Made by a program: the position numbers and the translations under genes
Assembly: GCA_046563655.1 (NCBI GenBank)
Contig: CM102290.1
Coordinates: 14,260,001 to 14,324,000, forward strand
Direction: 5' to 3'
Source: Yuukianura sp. NJ FZ-2021
Lineage: Eukaryota
Length of the DNA: 64,000 nucleotides
Notes under the pieces: model-generated
Database searches by the model: none
Seen by the model: only the letters and a program-made list of their open reading frames with translations
What the model was told of the DNA's origin: nothing
Part shown: in pieces, positions 13,102-24,608 of the stretch
How the letters are laid out: every line of letters starts with the position of its first letter
How positions within the stretch are numbered: the first letter of the stretch is position 1

Positions 13102-13245
13102 GTTGTTCACTAACTAATTTAAATTAGATACACATCACTTCGGACTATACTGTTGGCAGTGGCAGCTGATGATACAAAAGAATAATAGTGAAGAGAAGAA
13201 ATAGGATCAAAGCTCATGCTCAACTTTGAAACAACCGCGGTTGTT
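10258..13245. repeat. Dispersed 16-bp palindrome AACAATCGCGATTGTT (6 perfect copies, 1 compensated variant, 1 degenerate copy) inside the hAT element
   Basis: Perfect copies at 10258-10273, 10818-10833, 11407-11422, 11957-11972, 12319-12334 and 12731-12746. Variant AACAACCGCGGTTGTT at 13230-13245. Partial copy at ~11379-11394. Confidence 0.95.
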
Positions 13246-13304
13246 AGCGGGATGTCTCATTTGACTCAATTGGCTAGGAATTGCGAAATTGAGGAGTGCT
13301 CAAA

Positions 13305-13531
13305 TACTCAATCCTCAAGTAAATTTGAATCCTCAACTACTCTAATCCTCTATCCTCACTTCATACTGTATCCTTAAGTACTCAAAACCTCTATCCTCAT
13401 TCAAAGTCCATCCTCAAAACTTCAATCCTCTATACTCTTCCCGGCCATCGGTCCTCAAATCCTCTATACTCAATCCTCATCCAAAATCGTGTCCTCTTTG
13501 AGGATTTCGTCCTCTTTGAGGATTTTTTGAG
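13305..13531 (+). repeat. Right subterminal (A)TCCTC motif array of the hAT element
   Basis: Many ATCCTC/TACTC motifs. Two copies of GTCCTCTTTGAGGATT near the TIR are inverted relative to ATCCTCAAAGAGGAC at the left end. Confidence 0.85.
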
Positions 13532-16500
13532 TGAGGACGCCCATCTATGGTTACAAGGTACACTCACTCCCATTGTATTCTGGGGGCGGGGAGGGAGAGG
13601 GGAAACTGAAACAAGAGTTTCTGAAAGTCTGGAAGAAACTCTGAAAATCTAGCACAACTGAAATTCAATTAAAATCCCAACCAAAATCAACTGAAAATGT
13701 CTATGGGGTAATGTGAGAATCACAAAAAATCTCTCCAGGGTCAACTGAACATCGGTTTGAGGTAAACTGAAACTTTTTCACAAATTTCTGGATAACACTG
13801 AACTATTTTTGCAGACAACTGAAAATGGTTTTGGGGTAAACTGAAACCTTTTCAGAAATTTCTGAATAACTCTGAAATCGTTTTGGGGGAAACAGAGATT
13901 CATCAATTCTGTTTGAGGTATTGTGAGAATCACAGAAAATCTGTCCAAGGTCAAAGGTCAACTGAAAATTGGTTTGGAGAAAACTGAAACTTTTTCAGAA
14001 ATTTCTGAAAAACACTCAAATGTCTCTGCGGCCAACTGAAAATCGGTCGATACACCTCAAAATTCTTGTAGAGTGGACTTCGTTTTGTTTGAATCTTTTG
14101 GAAATGTTTGTGCGAGCAAAGAAGAATGCGTGAGTAGCAGTTTGGCTGGAGTGCGTTCCAGCGGCAACTGGAGAGTTTAAACTAATTTTGAAGCTGGCGC
14201 TGGAAGTGACACTGGATCGAAGTGTCTGTTGGCCCTTCAACTCATGACACAATTGATTTTAATTGCTTCCGTGTGGTCAAATCCTTTCAATTATTGGAAA
14301 AGGAAAAGATCCTTATGACTCTCAACCACAAGCGACTCCAGGCATTTCTGGACTCCAGGCGATGTCCATACTCTCCACTTCTCCAGTTCACTCATCCGAA
14401 AACAACTTAAGCCTCACCGAATTGACCAAAACCCGGGTAGTTCCACTCCAAAACAACTTGACCCAGTTTCATCTAAAGCTTTGAATTACTTTGAATTTGG
14501 TCAATCACTGCTTAGTGGTATTCGGTTTTTGGTAAAACTGAGAAAAACGGAGGCTATGATGCAAAATTTTATTTTTTATAAAAAAATATTCCAGTTTTTC
14601 AACACACGAACTAAAGGCACTGAAATTTAAAAATTTCCCACTAACAAATTTTTAAAAGTTTCCAACTTGTTTTTTTTTTCACTAAATTTGCCATCATTTC
14701 TAAGTGTAAAAAACTTTTTTTAGTGTAAAATTTGCAAATTTAGCAGAAAATTTGTGTTTCGGTCAAATCACAAAAAAATTGTTTATGTATCAGATTTTGG
14801 AGATCAGGAGATTTTAAGTTTCCTTTTTTTTTTGCATGAAATTTATATAAAATTTCTCTTTACATAAAAAGAATTTTGGAAATTGGGGCGATTTGCGAAA
14901 CTAAATAGCTGAAACCGCGACTTCCAAATCCAAAAACTAACTTTAGCCTAATTTAATCTAATGACTAAAATCCTCCAGAAGAACATCTCCAATCTTAATC
15001 GGATCTTCCAGAAATCTAATTTGAATTTTGGAAATTTGTAATTAAAGTGTCCAAAACCTAAAGTCATTTCCGCTTCGAATATTAACTAAAAAGTTAAAAC
15101 GAAGTTATGGAGGGAAACAAGTTTCAAAAAGACGCGCGGATTATGAATTCAAAATTTGGTTTAAGAGCTTCCGTCCACACTTCAAGTCAAGGTATATTAG
15201 TAAATCTTTTCTCTTTAATTGAACTTGAATTTTCCACTTGAAAAAATTTTCAAGTGTTAACACTTAAGTCAAAGCTAAACTTAACTTACACTTGAAAACG
15301 CTTCCTCTTGAAAATGGAGATTAACTTTAGTCACCAACTTTTCCTATGTTTAGCCGCTTAACTCCTCGTTTTTGACAAGTTTCAAAAAAATGTTAAAACA
15401 AATTTCCCTGAAAAATCGGTTCACATTTGACTAAAATTTGACCCTTCTGCCTTTTCCGCCACATTTTTTTTTGTATTTGCTCAAACAAAAACTTTCTTTT
15501 TCTAAAAACTACTTTCAGTTTCAAAAAAAATCTTTTGTGTTCGAAAATCGCACATTTTTTCCAAAAATGACATTCGTGACCTCTCCAATTTGTTATTCTT
15601 TTTTATTGTAACTTTTTCCTTTTGCGTGTTTTTTATTTTCTGTCTTTCTTTCTTTATTTTTCTGTCTGATATTGATCGTTTTCCATTTTTTGTGCAAAGT
15701 GATGCATAAATATGCGACCATTTTGTGAAACAGGGCATTTGCTTTTGACTTTTCGTTGAAAAAAAAACGGGTAGATTCAAAAATACCCGGGTATTGATTC
15801 AGGTACGAGCAAGCCCCGCAACAAAAGTGTATAATTACAACAACTTTCTCCCAGGCTCTGCTTGCTAATAAAACGGAAGTGTTTTCTCCAAAGTGGAAAA
15901 CCTCATGCTAAAAACTACGTTTTTCGAATTTAGTTTCAAACAGCGCGCCAACATCGTTTTTGAATTTTCTCTTGGCGGGAGACGAGACTGCTCTAATAAC
16001 AAAACCTAATTAGGTCCTTGTTCTTAATGTTATGGCATGAACACAGGTGTAACGCGGTACCAAATTTGAAATTTCAAATTTAGAACAATAACTTCCTGCA
16101 ACATGTTTAGAACAATAGCATTTCCTGTGGAATACTTAGGACAATAAGAACTTTGTTGAACAATAATAGTTAACAGTTGAGAAAATTGTGTAAAACCTTG
16201 ACTTTTTGTGAGTCAATTTTCACTTTAAGAATTTTTGAAATGGCGGGAAATCTTTTGAAGTTTGAAATTGACAAATAGAAGAGCAGGAAGAAGATGATGA
16301 TGATGAAAATCTACAGAGCGTGAAACCTAAGGTAAAAAATTTATGAAGCGCAGCGTTTTCAAAGTTCAATCAATCACTTTTCAACTCGCCAAGAAAAAAT
16401 GTGGAATTGTGAATGGCAAGCCTGACACCTTCCTTTCACCTAAAATTTCAAAAATAAAAATTTCAAAAAAAGTAGCTCTGGATTCTCTAAAGTAAAAGTT

Positions 16501-17559
16501 TGAAAAAAAAAAGATAACAGTGAAACGGAATTTGAAAACTACAAAAAGCTCTTTTCTTCCACTTTTGCCATAATTTGTTTTGTTTTTGTGGTCGTGTAGG
16601 CCGCAGTTTTGGAAGTTTCAAAATGAAGTTTTCGTTATGTTGCAAACTTTTTTTTGAAAACGTTAAAACTTTTCTCATGTATTATTTTATGAAAAAATAT
16701 GAAAAACATGGGCGAAATCCTTGTGAGAAAACTTTTCACCTTACTGCTTTCTCTCCGCCATACTTTCTCTGAGAGTCCCTGGACACAAAGTCTACAGTTT
16801 TTGAAACAGGAGCAGTTGAACTCAACTCTACTCGAATTAAGTACACTCAACTCATTTCCATCTTAAAGAACTCTAGCAAATCAAGTACACGTCAAAATTT
16901 TCGGGAAAAACCGTACCGGTACTTCTCCTCAACCTAATTATTCAAACCCCGATGCAAAGGAACCTAACCTAACCTGAATTCAAAACACTAACATTAAAAA
17001 CTAAAAGTAAATACCTTCAAAAATGTACGGACAAAACTGTACCGCTACTCGGTAAACTTTTTTTTTCGTAAAACATTTTCAGGTTTGAGTTTTTATAGTT
17101 TTTGTTAATTTGATAGTTAATACATTACGGTACGGTTTTCCTCCGAACATGGTCGTCCTGCCGCGTGAGAAAGAGAGAGAAAGTATGTCTAGATTTGGAC
17201 AATTAAAAGGCGGGAGTTGTTTTGCTCTGATTCTGTTCCATGTTTCATAAAGCCGAAAGTGTTTGAGTTTGTAGTCTCCCGGGTCCTTGGACTCCCTCTC
17301 TGGTGGGCACTTTTGCATTATGGAGTTGAGATTAAAAGGAAATCCAATTGGAACTTTAATCTTCTCAACCTTAGTTCCTCTTCTTTCCAAATTAATAATT
17401 TTGTACTCCTTGAGGAACTTGTCTCAAACAACTTCAGCCGGGAGCATTCAAAACGCGGAGGAGCATGCTATTGATTACTTCATAATTATCAATTATTATT
17501 AATAATTATCGAACATGTTTTTTAAAACGCTACAGAAGTAGCTCCAACCTATGAAATGT

Positions 17560-17815
17560 GCAAAATACAAAACAAATGGCAATTGGACAAACGGTGGTTA
17601 GAAAACGTTCTACTGTCATTGCAAAATCCACCTATTGCAAATGGTTGTATTTTGCAATGGCAATGGGACCTCAGAGTAATGAAATTTTCTTACCCCCGTT
17701 TCTGCAATTGCCATTTGTTTTGCATTTTGCAATGGCAATAGAAATCTCAGAGTAATGAAATTTTCTTACCCCCGTTTCTGCAATTGCCATTTGTTTTGCA
17801 TTTTGCAATGGCAAT
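17560..17815. repeat. Inverted/tandem TTGCAATGGCAAT-rich repeat with a 76-bp tandem duplication
   Basis: CTCAGAGTAATGAAATTTTCTTACCCCCG...GCAATGGCAAT starts at 17670 and again at 17746. Left arm GCAAAATACAAAACAAATGGCAATTG is inverted to the right units. Resembles the interior of 19049-19290. Confidence 0.75.
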
Positions 17816-18416
17816 AGGATGATGATGTACATCCAATGTTCTAAAAGCATGGTACTGATAGGCTGAAATTTTTGTTTGAAGTATTTCAAAAAATATTCTG
17901 AGGCCACTGAAGTTTGAAGCGGAAAAGTAACGAAACCGAGCAGAAACAGCTTGTCAATCATTTTCAAAAAACCTTCTTATACAGTTTTTCATCTTTTCGT
18001 TTTTGAAATTTTGTTTGAATGAACCCGCCAGTCTTTTGAGTTTTCCTAACCTGCCATCATGCATGACAGGCCAATTTTGGTTCAAAATTTTTTCTGTTTC
18101 AAATTCAACCACCTTTCCCTCCACTTTTTTTGAAACTGATTTTTGGAACGTCGTTTACCTTATGCCTAACGGAAATCGTAATTGGAATTGCATGTCGTGG
18201 ACCCATGCGTCACGACAACAAAAGTCTATTTGTGCTCATGTTGTGTTGTATTGTGCTCTACACGCAACTAATATTTGGCACACAATTTATAATGTTAGGT
18301 TTCCCGCTTATACTAATAGTCAAGGTCACCATGTGACCTCTGTCCAAACTCACTCCTGTTTCATTGTCATTGTATAATACAAATTTACCGCAAAACTTCT
18401 AATAAATACTCGTGTT

Positions 18417-18626
18417 CAAGGTTCCTTGACAACGAAAAGTTAATTTTCTTTAACAGGTTGGGTACTACCTCGCTAGTTGACAAAAAAATAGTACCAATCC
18501 TAAAAATTGGTACCAATTTGTGTGCAAAATTTAAAAAAAATTAGCTATGTTTTTTTTTTTGTAAAATCGAAAAAACATGGGATATTACCCAGCCTGTTAA
18601 AGAAAATCAAAAGTGAACAAACCTTG
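18417..18626 (-). mobile_element. CAAGGTT-family hAT-type MITE nested in a TA-flanked TIR element
   Basis: Reverse-orientation copy of 3541-3827 with perfect 8-bp TSD CTCGTGTT (18409-18416, 18627-18634). Host element has inverted ends TACCGCAAAACTTCTAATAA (18386) and TTATTAGAAGCTTTACGGTA (18720). Confidence 0.88.
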
Positions 18627-19048
18627 CTCGTGTTTGTTCAAAATCTGAGCTTTTGCAAGCGTTCACTACCGTAAGTGCGGCGCTTATTAGAAACCGGAGG
18701 TTATTAGAAGCTTTACGGTAAACTAATCTAGCTTTGCCATAAATTATACGTTAAGTGACCAAATAAGTGTCAGGGGTGTGTTTTGCATGACGTAATTTGC
18801 GTATAGTCCCGCTGGAATCCTAACATGAAATTAGTCCACTCTGCACGTAAACTTGACTTAAGTGTAAATTTGCACAACTCGCACATTGAATTTTGCAGTG
18901 GTAAACAACATTTGGGTTTACAAATCCGCTGGAGCACGAAATTTTGAAATTTTTTTAGAAAAACTAACATAATTTTCAAAACTTTGACAGACACAACTTT
19001 AGAAGAGAAGTTTGTGTTTAAATACAAATTCCGCGTTTAAAAGAAATA

Positions 19049-19290
19049 CAGTAGACTTTCCCACTTATTCCATTTGCCAAATACAAAACAAAATACAATT
19101 GAACTACACTGGGGTTAGAAAATTACATGAGTCTATTTTTTATAAGGTCAAATCGTCATTGGCAAATCCCCCATTTGCCATTGCATTTTTCATTTTGCCA
19201 TTTTACCGCCAGTGTACGGGTGCGGGTTTTGTATTTGTCAATTGAAATTGTTTTGTATTTGGCAAATGGAATAAGTGGGAAAGTTTACTG
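19049..19290. mobile_element. Tc1/mariner-type MITE (TA TSD)
   Basis: ~42-bp near-perfect TIRs CAGTAGACTTTCCCACTTATTCCATTTGCCAAATACAAAACA, flanked by TA on both sides. Confidence 0.88.
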
Positions 19291-21324
19291 TATTGAACTT
19301 TATTTTTATTGCCGAACTTAATTTTTTATTGTCAATTTTTTTTTGTAGTGTAAAATAAATTATTTGTTCGTGTGGTAGAAAAAATGTGTTAAATTTTGAA
19401 AAACGTGCAGTTTCTTTTGAAATCTTGTAAAACTTGACTTTTTTTTTTGAAATTCCAAGGTGACAAATGTTGGCGGTGACTTTATCGCTGTGTTGGCGGA
19501 AACCTTTGGGCGGTTTGGTTACACCGACAAGATATCATTTCGGTAATGGCCAATGCAATTTCCTGTCCACCCCTTTCCAATCACGCTTCCTTCCACTCAC
19601 TTCTGCCTGCCAACTTCCTTTTTTGGTGCGAAATTTCAAAAAAATTCAATTTTGAACAACACACGCCCAACATCATCATTTTGACAGTTACTTTCACGCT
19701 TTCTTTTCAAACGAAATTGCTAACTTTACACAGTAACTCCACATGTTTCACGCCAAATGAAAAACGCACGAATTTCAAAATTAGCACGCCACAAAACGAA
19801 AATCTGCCTTACTCCAACCTAATCTTAACCTAATTAGGTTTACTTAACTTAACAACCTAATGCCATTATAAAACTTAAAAAAAGGAAATTTCGGGAAACT
19901 TTTTTTTTCAACTTTTCTTTTATCCAAAATTTCACCTTTAGTAAATTTGATCATGAGGGGGCAACTGTGCCACTTTGATCCAAATTCTTTTGAATTTAAA
20001 ATTACAAAGCACGCTTTCATTCCCTTTTTTTATCTTATAATTTTAAAAGTTTTTTTTTAAACTTCGAACTTTTTCCAACTTTTTGAGTTTTCAATAGACC
20101 TATTAGAAACTACAAGCTAAAAACTAGGTACAAAACTTGTAATTTAAAAATTGAAGTGTAGTGTTTAACTTTCTGGGTTCCAATTTCCTTAAATTTTAAA
20201 TTTCCATGAATTACTATCCCTTTCAGTTTTCAAAGTCTTTCATCGAGATTTTTTTTTATGTCAAGTGCACTTTAAAGTTGTTTCAACATTCCAGAAAATT
20301 GAGTTTTCAAAAACGCCGCTAGCAATTTAAAAAATTGGACTCGTAATTTTTGTGGACATGGTCGCGGCAGTTCCAATTTCAACTTTCAACAATTTTCAAA
20401 CAAATAGCAACAGACATTGCACTACCCCCTCATGGACTTTCAAAAAAAATATATTGGACACGACGCCTCTCCATAAATTCTTGATCTCAAGATTTTAAAA
20501 ATTTACATTCCCTCAAAGGACAAAAGTGAAATTTTTGGTTAAATCCAACTCGACTTGAGTCTACTTCAACCTAACAAGCTAAATTGTTCACTTTTACGTT
20601 TTTACGAACTGCGTTTACAATCTTTTTGACTTGTTTTTCAAATTTGGAAAATCGAACAGACAATTTAAACTCAAATTTTGAGTTAAAAGTCAACTCTACG
20701 CATCACAAAAACTTTCATGCTCCTCCTGAAGTGAATTTTTTTAAACGAGAAATTTCTCGAAACTTTAGTTTTTTTTTACAGTCTTCTTAAGTTTCTTTTG
20801 TTCCGCAAAACTTGAAATGACAAGAGCCACGCTTTTAGTTTTTGGTAAAAATTGGAAAAGTGTAGAAGAGTATCAAATTTTGAAAAAGAAAAGTTTTTTT
20901 TTGAAAAGTTGAAGTGATCATAATGGTGACAAGGAGTATGGAGTCATAAAGGAAGAAATATGGGCCACTTCTGTCTTTCTGCATAAGAAATTTTCACAGT
21001 CTTTGGAGCCAACTTTTAAATCTGTCACAACCTACTTCACCAAATGGCTTAAAGTTAGGCTAAGGTTAGGCTGTTGTGAAAGTTACGTTATGGTTACACT
21101 TTTTTGAAAAGTTAGGTTATGGTTACACTTTTTTGAAAAGTTAGTTTATGGTTATGCTTTGTTGAAAGTTAGGCTAGTTTTAAAGTGTGATGGATTGGAA
21201 GAAGTATATTTCTGTTTTGAGAGTTTGAGCGGGAAGCAGAAGGGAAAAATTACTTTTGACATCGCCACTTCTCATCGCAATTGAAATACGACTCCCTGGA
21301 TACGACAACTTCTCACTCCATTCA

Positions 21325-21410
21325 CGTTAGGCTACTAACCTAACCATCACGTTAGGCTACTAACCTAAGGCTACTAACCTAACCATCACGTTAGGCTACT
21401 AACCTAACCT
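21325..21410. repeat. Short tandem repeat with TAACC/TTAGG motifs
   Basis: CACGTTAGGCTACTAACCTAACCAT-like unit repeated about three to four times. A related 30-bp tandem lies at ~21076-21180. Confidence 0.7.
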
Positions 21411-23172
21411 TTGACAAAAGAGCCACTTTACGACAAATGTCGATAGCAGGATTTTCCAATCCAACGCATGACTGAAAACTTACTTTTAGCCTAAAACTAA
21501 CTTATTCACAAATCCATTCTATCATGATATTTTGAAATTAGGTTATTAGGTTGGAATTATTTAAATCCCATTAGGTTTTCTTCCCACATGACCACACAAA
21601 CAAAAAAGTTTTTTTTTCCAAGAAGTTTTGTGTCGAATTTTCAAAAAAATGGTCGGTTTGGCGCCACAAAAAAACGAAAAGTTCAAAAACAGACTTTTAT
21701 TAAAAACTTTCTCTTTTGATTTCTCTTTCGCCTTTTGTGCCCAAAGTTTATAAAAAAAAAAGTTGGAAGAATGAAATCGGCCTAATGAGGGCAACAGCGT
21801 CGCTTCTCTTCTAAACAATCCATTAACCTAAGCACATCCACTCTAACGTTCAAGTTTTTTAAAAAATGTTCAAAAAAGTATTTTTTTTTTTAAATTTTGA
21901 GTTGTTTTTGTAAGAAGTCAGTAGAAAAGAGATATCAGCGAAAGTTCAACTCCGCATTCCACTTTCTTGTCAGTTATTCGGGAAACCAATCCATTACTTT
22001 TTTCGAAAAAAAAAATGAAAAAACGAAGACAAAATCGAAAAACGAAAATTTCTAGTTAATTAATCATTGAAGTATTGACAACCGTAAGAGGAAGACGGAC
22101 AGGCCAATTTCTTTTGTTTTTCATACAAATAAACTAACTTTGTGTACCTTCATTCTGTCTCCAAAATTTTCAAATTTGCTCAGGAACCGTTTTTTTAAAT
22201 TTGGCTCGTGTCCGATTCTTCATTATTGAATTTGACTCGTTTTTGAAACTAAAAACTAAAAGCAGTTTGCACTGCGTTCATAATTTATGAATTTTGAGAA
22301 AAGTGGTCACTGGATGACGTAATACACCCGTGAAAAAAAATAAGTCTTTCATAATTCAAAATACGGAATTCAAAATTTTGAAATTTGTTGAACAGTGTAG
22401 ATAATCAATACTTTGCACACTGCGCACACAGTTTGTTTTCTTTCAAACGGTGAAAGGAAAGAAAATTTCAATTTTGTTTTTGTTCCACAAAGCTTCTGCT
22501 GGTTTTCTTTCGGTTTTAGCACAACCAAAACTGTGTTTTAAGACGCAGACTGTTTTTTGTGTGTTTTCAAAAAACAGACCAGTTTTTGGATTGTGTTTTG
22601 GTGGGACATGATGTGACGACAAATGATTTTCCTGGAGAAAGGCACACTGGACTTGTCGTCACCTCATCGATTTCCTACTGCTCCTGCCCTATTTATTTAT
22701 TAATGCCAAATCGAACTCTACGTTTCAACTTAAATTTTACCTCAATTTTGTCTTTCAAAGGTTAACTTATTTAGCTTATTTTAATTTAGGTTTTAACCTT
22801 TAAGTTCAAATTATTTTGTTAGGTTTATGTAAGTTCCAATTTAGTTTTTATAAGAAGTTTGTAGTTCAATCAATTTGAGGTCACTCAGGTCATGTTAAGT
22901 ACATAGCCTACCGTTAGGCTTTGCAACTTAACTTTCCCTTTTCAGAAACTCACTTGGTTTGGTTTAAAATATTCAGTGGAACAGAATTTTGAAGAGGATC
23001 CTGGCGAGGGTTTGGTTGAATTTTAAATTTGAGGTCGTTTTTGCCAAAATCTCTTTTCTACACCCACGTGATCACTGCACAAGCGCGGGAAAAAATTGAA
23101 TTTGAATCAAATGGCCTCCTAAGGCATTTTGTTTGAACTGTACCGTGTGATCCAAAGTGATCTGGATTTTCC

Positions 23173-23367
23173 CAAGGTTGCTATAGCAACGAAATAGTTT
23201 TCCTTTAACAGGTTAGGCACTAAGTCCTGTTTTCCAAAAATCTTGAGTCAAAGAATTTTTTTTTATCTTTTTTCTTTTTCTAAAAATTTTCACAAAAAAA
23301 CTTAAAATTCGAGTTATTGCATAACCTGTGAAAGAAAAAGTATTTTTTTTTCTGTTTATCCACCTTG
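23173..23367. mobile_element. CAAGGTT-family MITE (second subfamily)
   Basis: Termini CAAGGT...ACCTTG, internal TTAACAGGTTA/TAACCTGTGAA, perfect 8-bp TSD GATTTTCC. Confidence 0.85.
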
Positions 23368-24489
23368 GATTTTCCCGCTTTTATTAAATTTAATATTTTC
23401 TTTTTGAGATTTGTGAAGAGAAAATTTCAGTGAATTTGATTGGATGAAAACTTAAGTTTACTTTGCATCAATCAGTGGCTTTCTTTCTTGTTTGAAAATT
23501 CAAATTGAGAAAGAGCGGGAAAATCCGAATTAATTTGAAACAGGCTGTACTAATACGAATTGTAAACAATTCCACTTAAAGCCACAAAGGCGGAGTGGAT
23601 ATCGTAACGAGAAGGGTTTGTTTTCCTTTGGTTAGTGAAATGACAGGGAGAAAGTCAAGTGAAGTTAAAAATTCCGGTGTAGTTTTAATCGATTTTTGAT
23701 TTTAATCACTTTTGGGTTTGAGTGCCAGATGAAATGGATTTTGATTGAAAAGTTGATGTGAATAGTTAATGTATGCATTAAGGTAAGTTGTTTACCAGTT
23801 CCAAATTAAGTGGCACTTAACTCCCGCCAAAATTTGAAATTTTGAGAGGATATGTTATGAGCACGGGTTTTTGGTCGTATAATTAGTATATACTACTCAT
23901 TTCCTTGCTGATAAAATCTTTCAAAATGGTACACGAAATTCAAAACAGGAAATTGCAATTCCCCCTGCTTTGCCGTTTCGCCAAAAGATTGTAATCACAA
24001 ACCAAATTTTTTTTTTAATTTTAAATTCCCGCGCTACAGCATATCGCAAATTTCACCGCAGAAAACAACATTACATATTGTACGATTACGCACGAAAAAA
24101 AAACGTCATCCAATACCGATACCGCCAAAATGACGTCATCTAGTACAAGTACCGTCCAAATATCGTCATTCAGTACCGGTACCGTCATGAGACGTTTTGA
24201 AATACCGTTTCTGCAAAAATACTGTCCAGTACCGTTACCGCTACAAAATTCAAAATTTGGAATTGAACAAGTTTTTATGATTTATGTTCCCGTAAAACTC
24301 TGATTTTATCGGTTTTATTTAAGTTTATGAAAAGTTTTCATATGTTTGAATCATCAGTGGTAAAAATCGAACAAATTTTGCTAAAAATCAAAACAAAAAT
24401 CGATTTGGCGCCACAGCTTTGTTTGAGAATCAAAGTCTCTTTACCTGCCTGCCACACGGAGTTTACCGACCAAAGTCTCATCAGTTACC

Positions 24490-24608
24490 GTTGCTACGTC
24501 TACCGTTTGTTACAAAAAGTTAAGGCTGAGCGTGTCGTATCATCTGTCAGCTACGCAAACAAGGAACGGCTCTGCACTCCCAATCTGATTAGGCACCTAA
24601 AACTCTGA
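24490..24608 (+). pseudogene. Possible decayed BED-finger/hAT transposase fragment
   Basis: Translation ...VSYANKERLCTPNLIRHLKL* resembles the S/T-N-L-x-R-H-L end of BED fingers. TACCG-rich repeats lie upstream (24110-24240). Confidence 0.3.

Larger units (their letters stand above)
9903..13549 (-). mobile_element. Full-length autonomous hAT-superfamily DNA transposon (3,647 bp)
   Basis: TIRs CATAGATGGGCATCCTCA (9903-9920) and TGAGGACGCCCATCTATG (13532-13549), 17/18 match. Perfect 8-bp TSD GTTACAAG at 9895-9902 and 13550-13557. TCCTC-rich subterminal arrays at both ends. Internal hAT transposase gene. Confidence 0.97.

Noticed and set aside
10250..13110. Fragmented ORFs as a pseudogenised transposase
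   Set aside because: All breaks coincide with short GT-AG introns, and splicing yields one open frame.
10258..13245. Regularly spaced palindromic repeats as a CRISPR-like array
   Set aside because: The intervening 350-570 bp are transposase exons rather than 30-40 bp spacers. The context is eukaryotic and no cas genes are present.
13600..14045. AACTGAAA-rich region with a ~210-bp degenerate duplication
   Set aside because: Appears to be an ordinary decayed tandem repeat, with no termini, TSD or coding signal.
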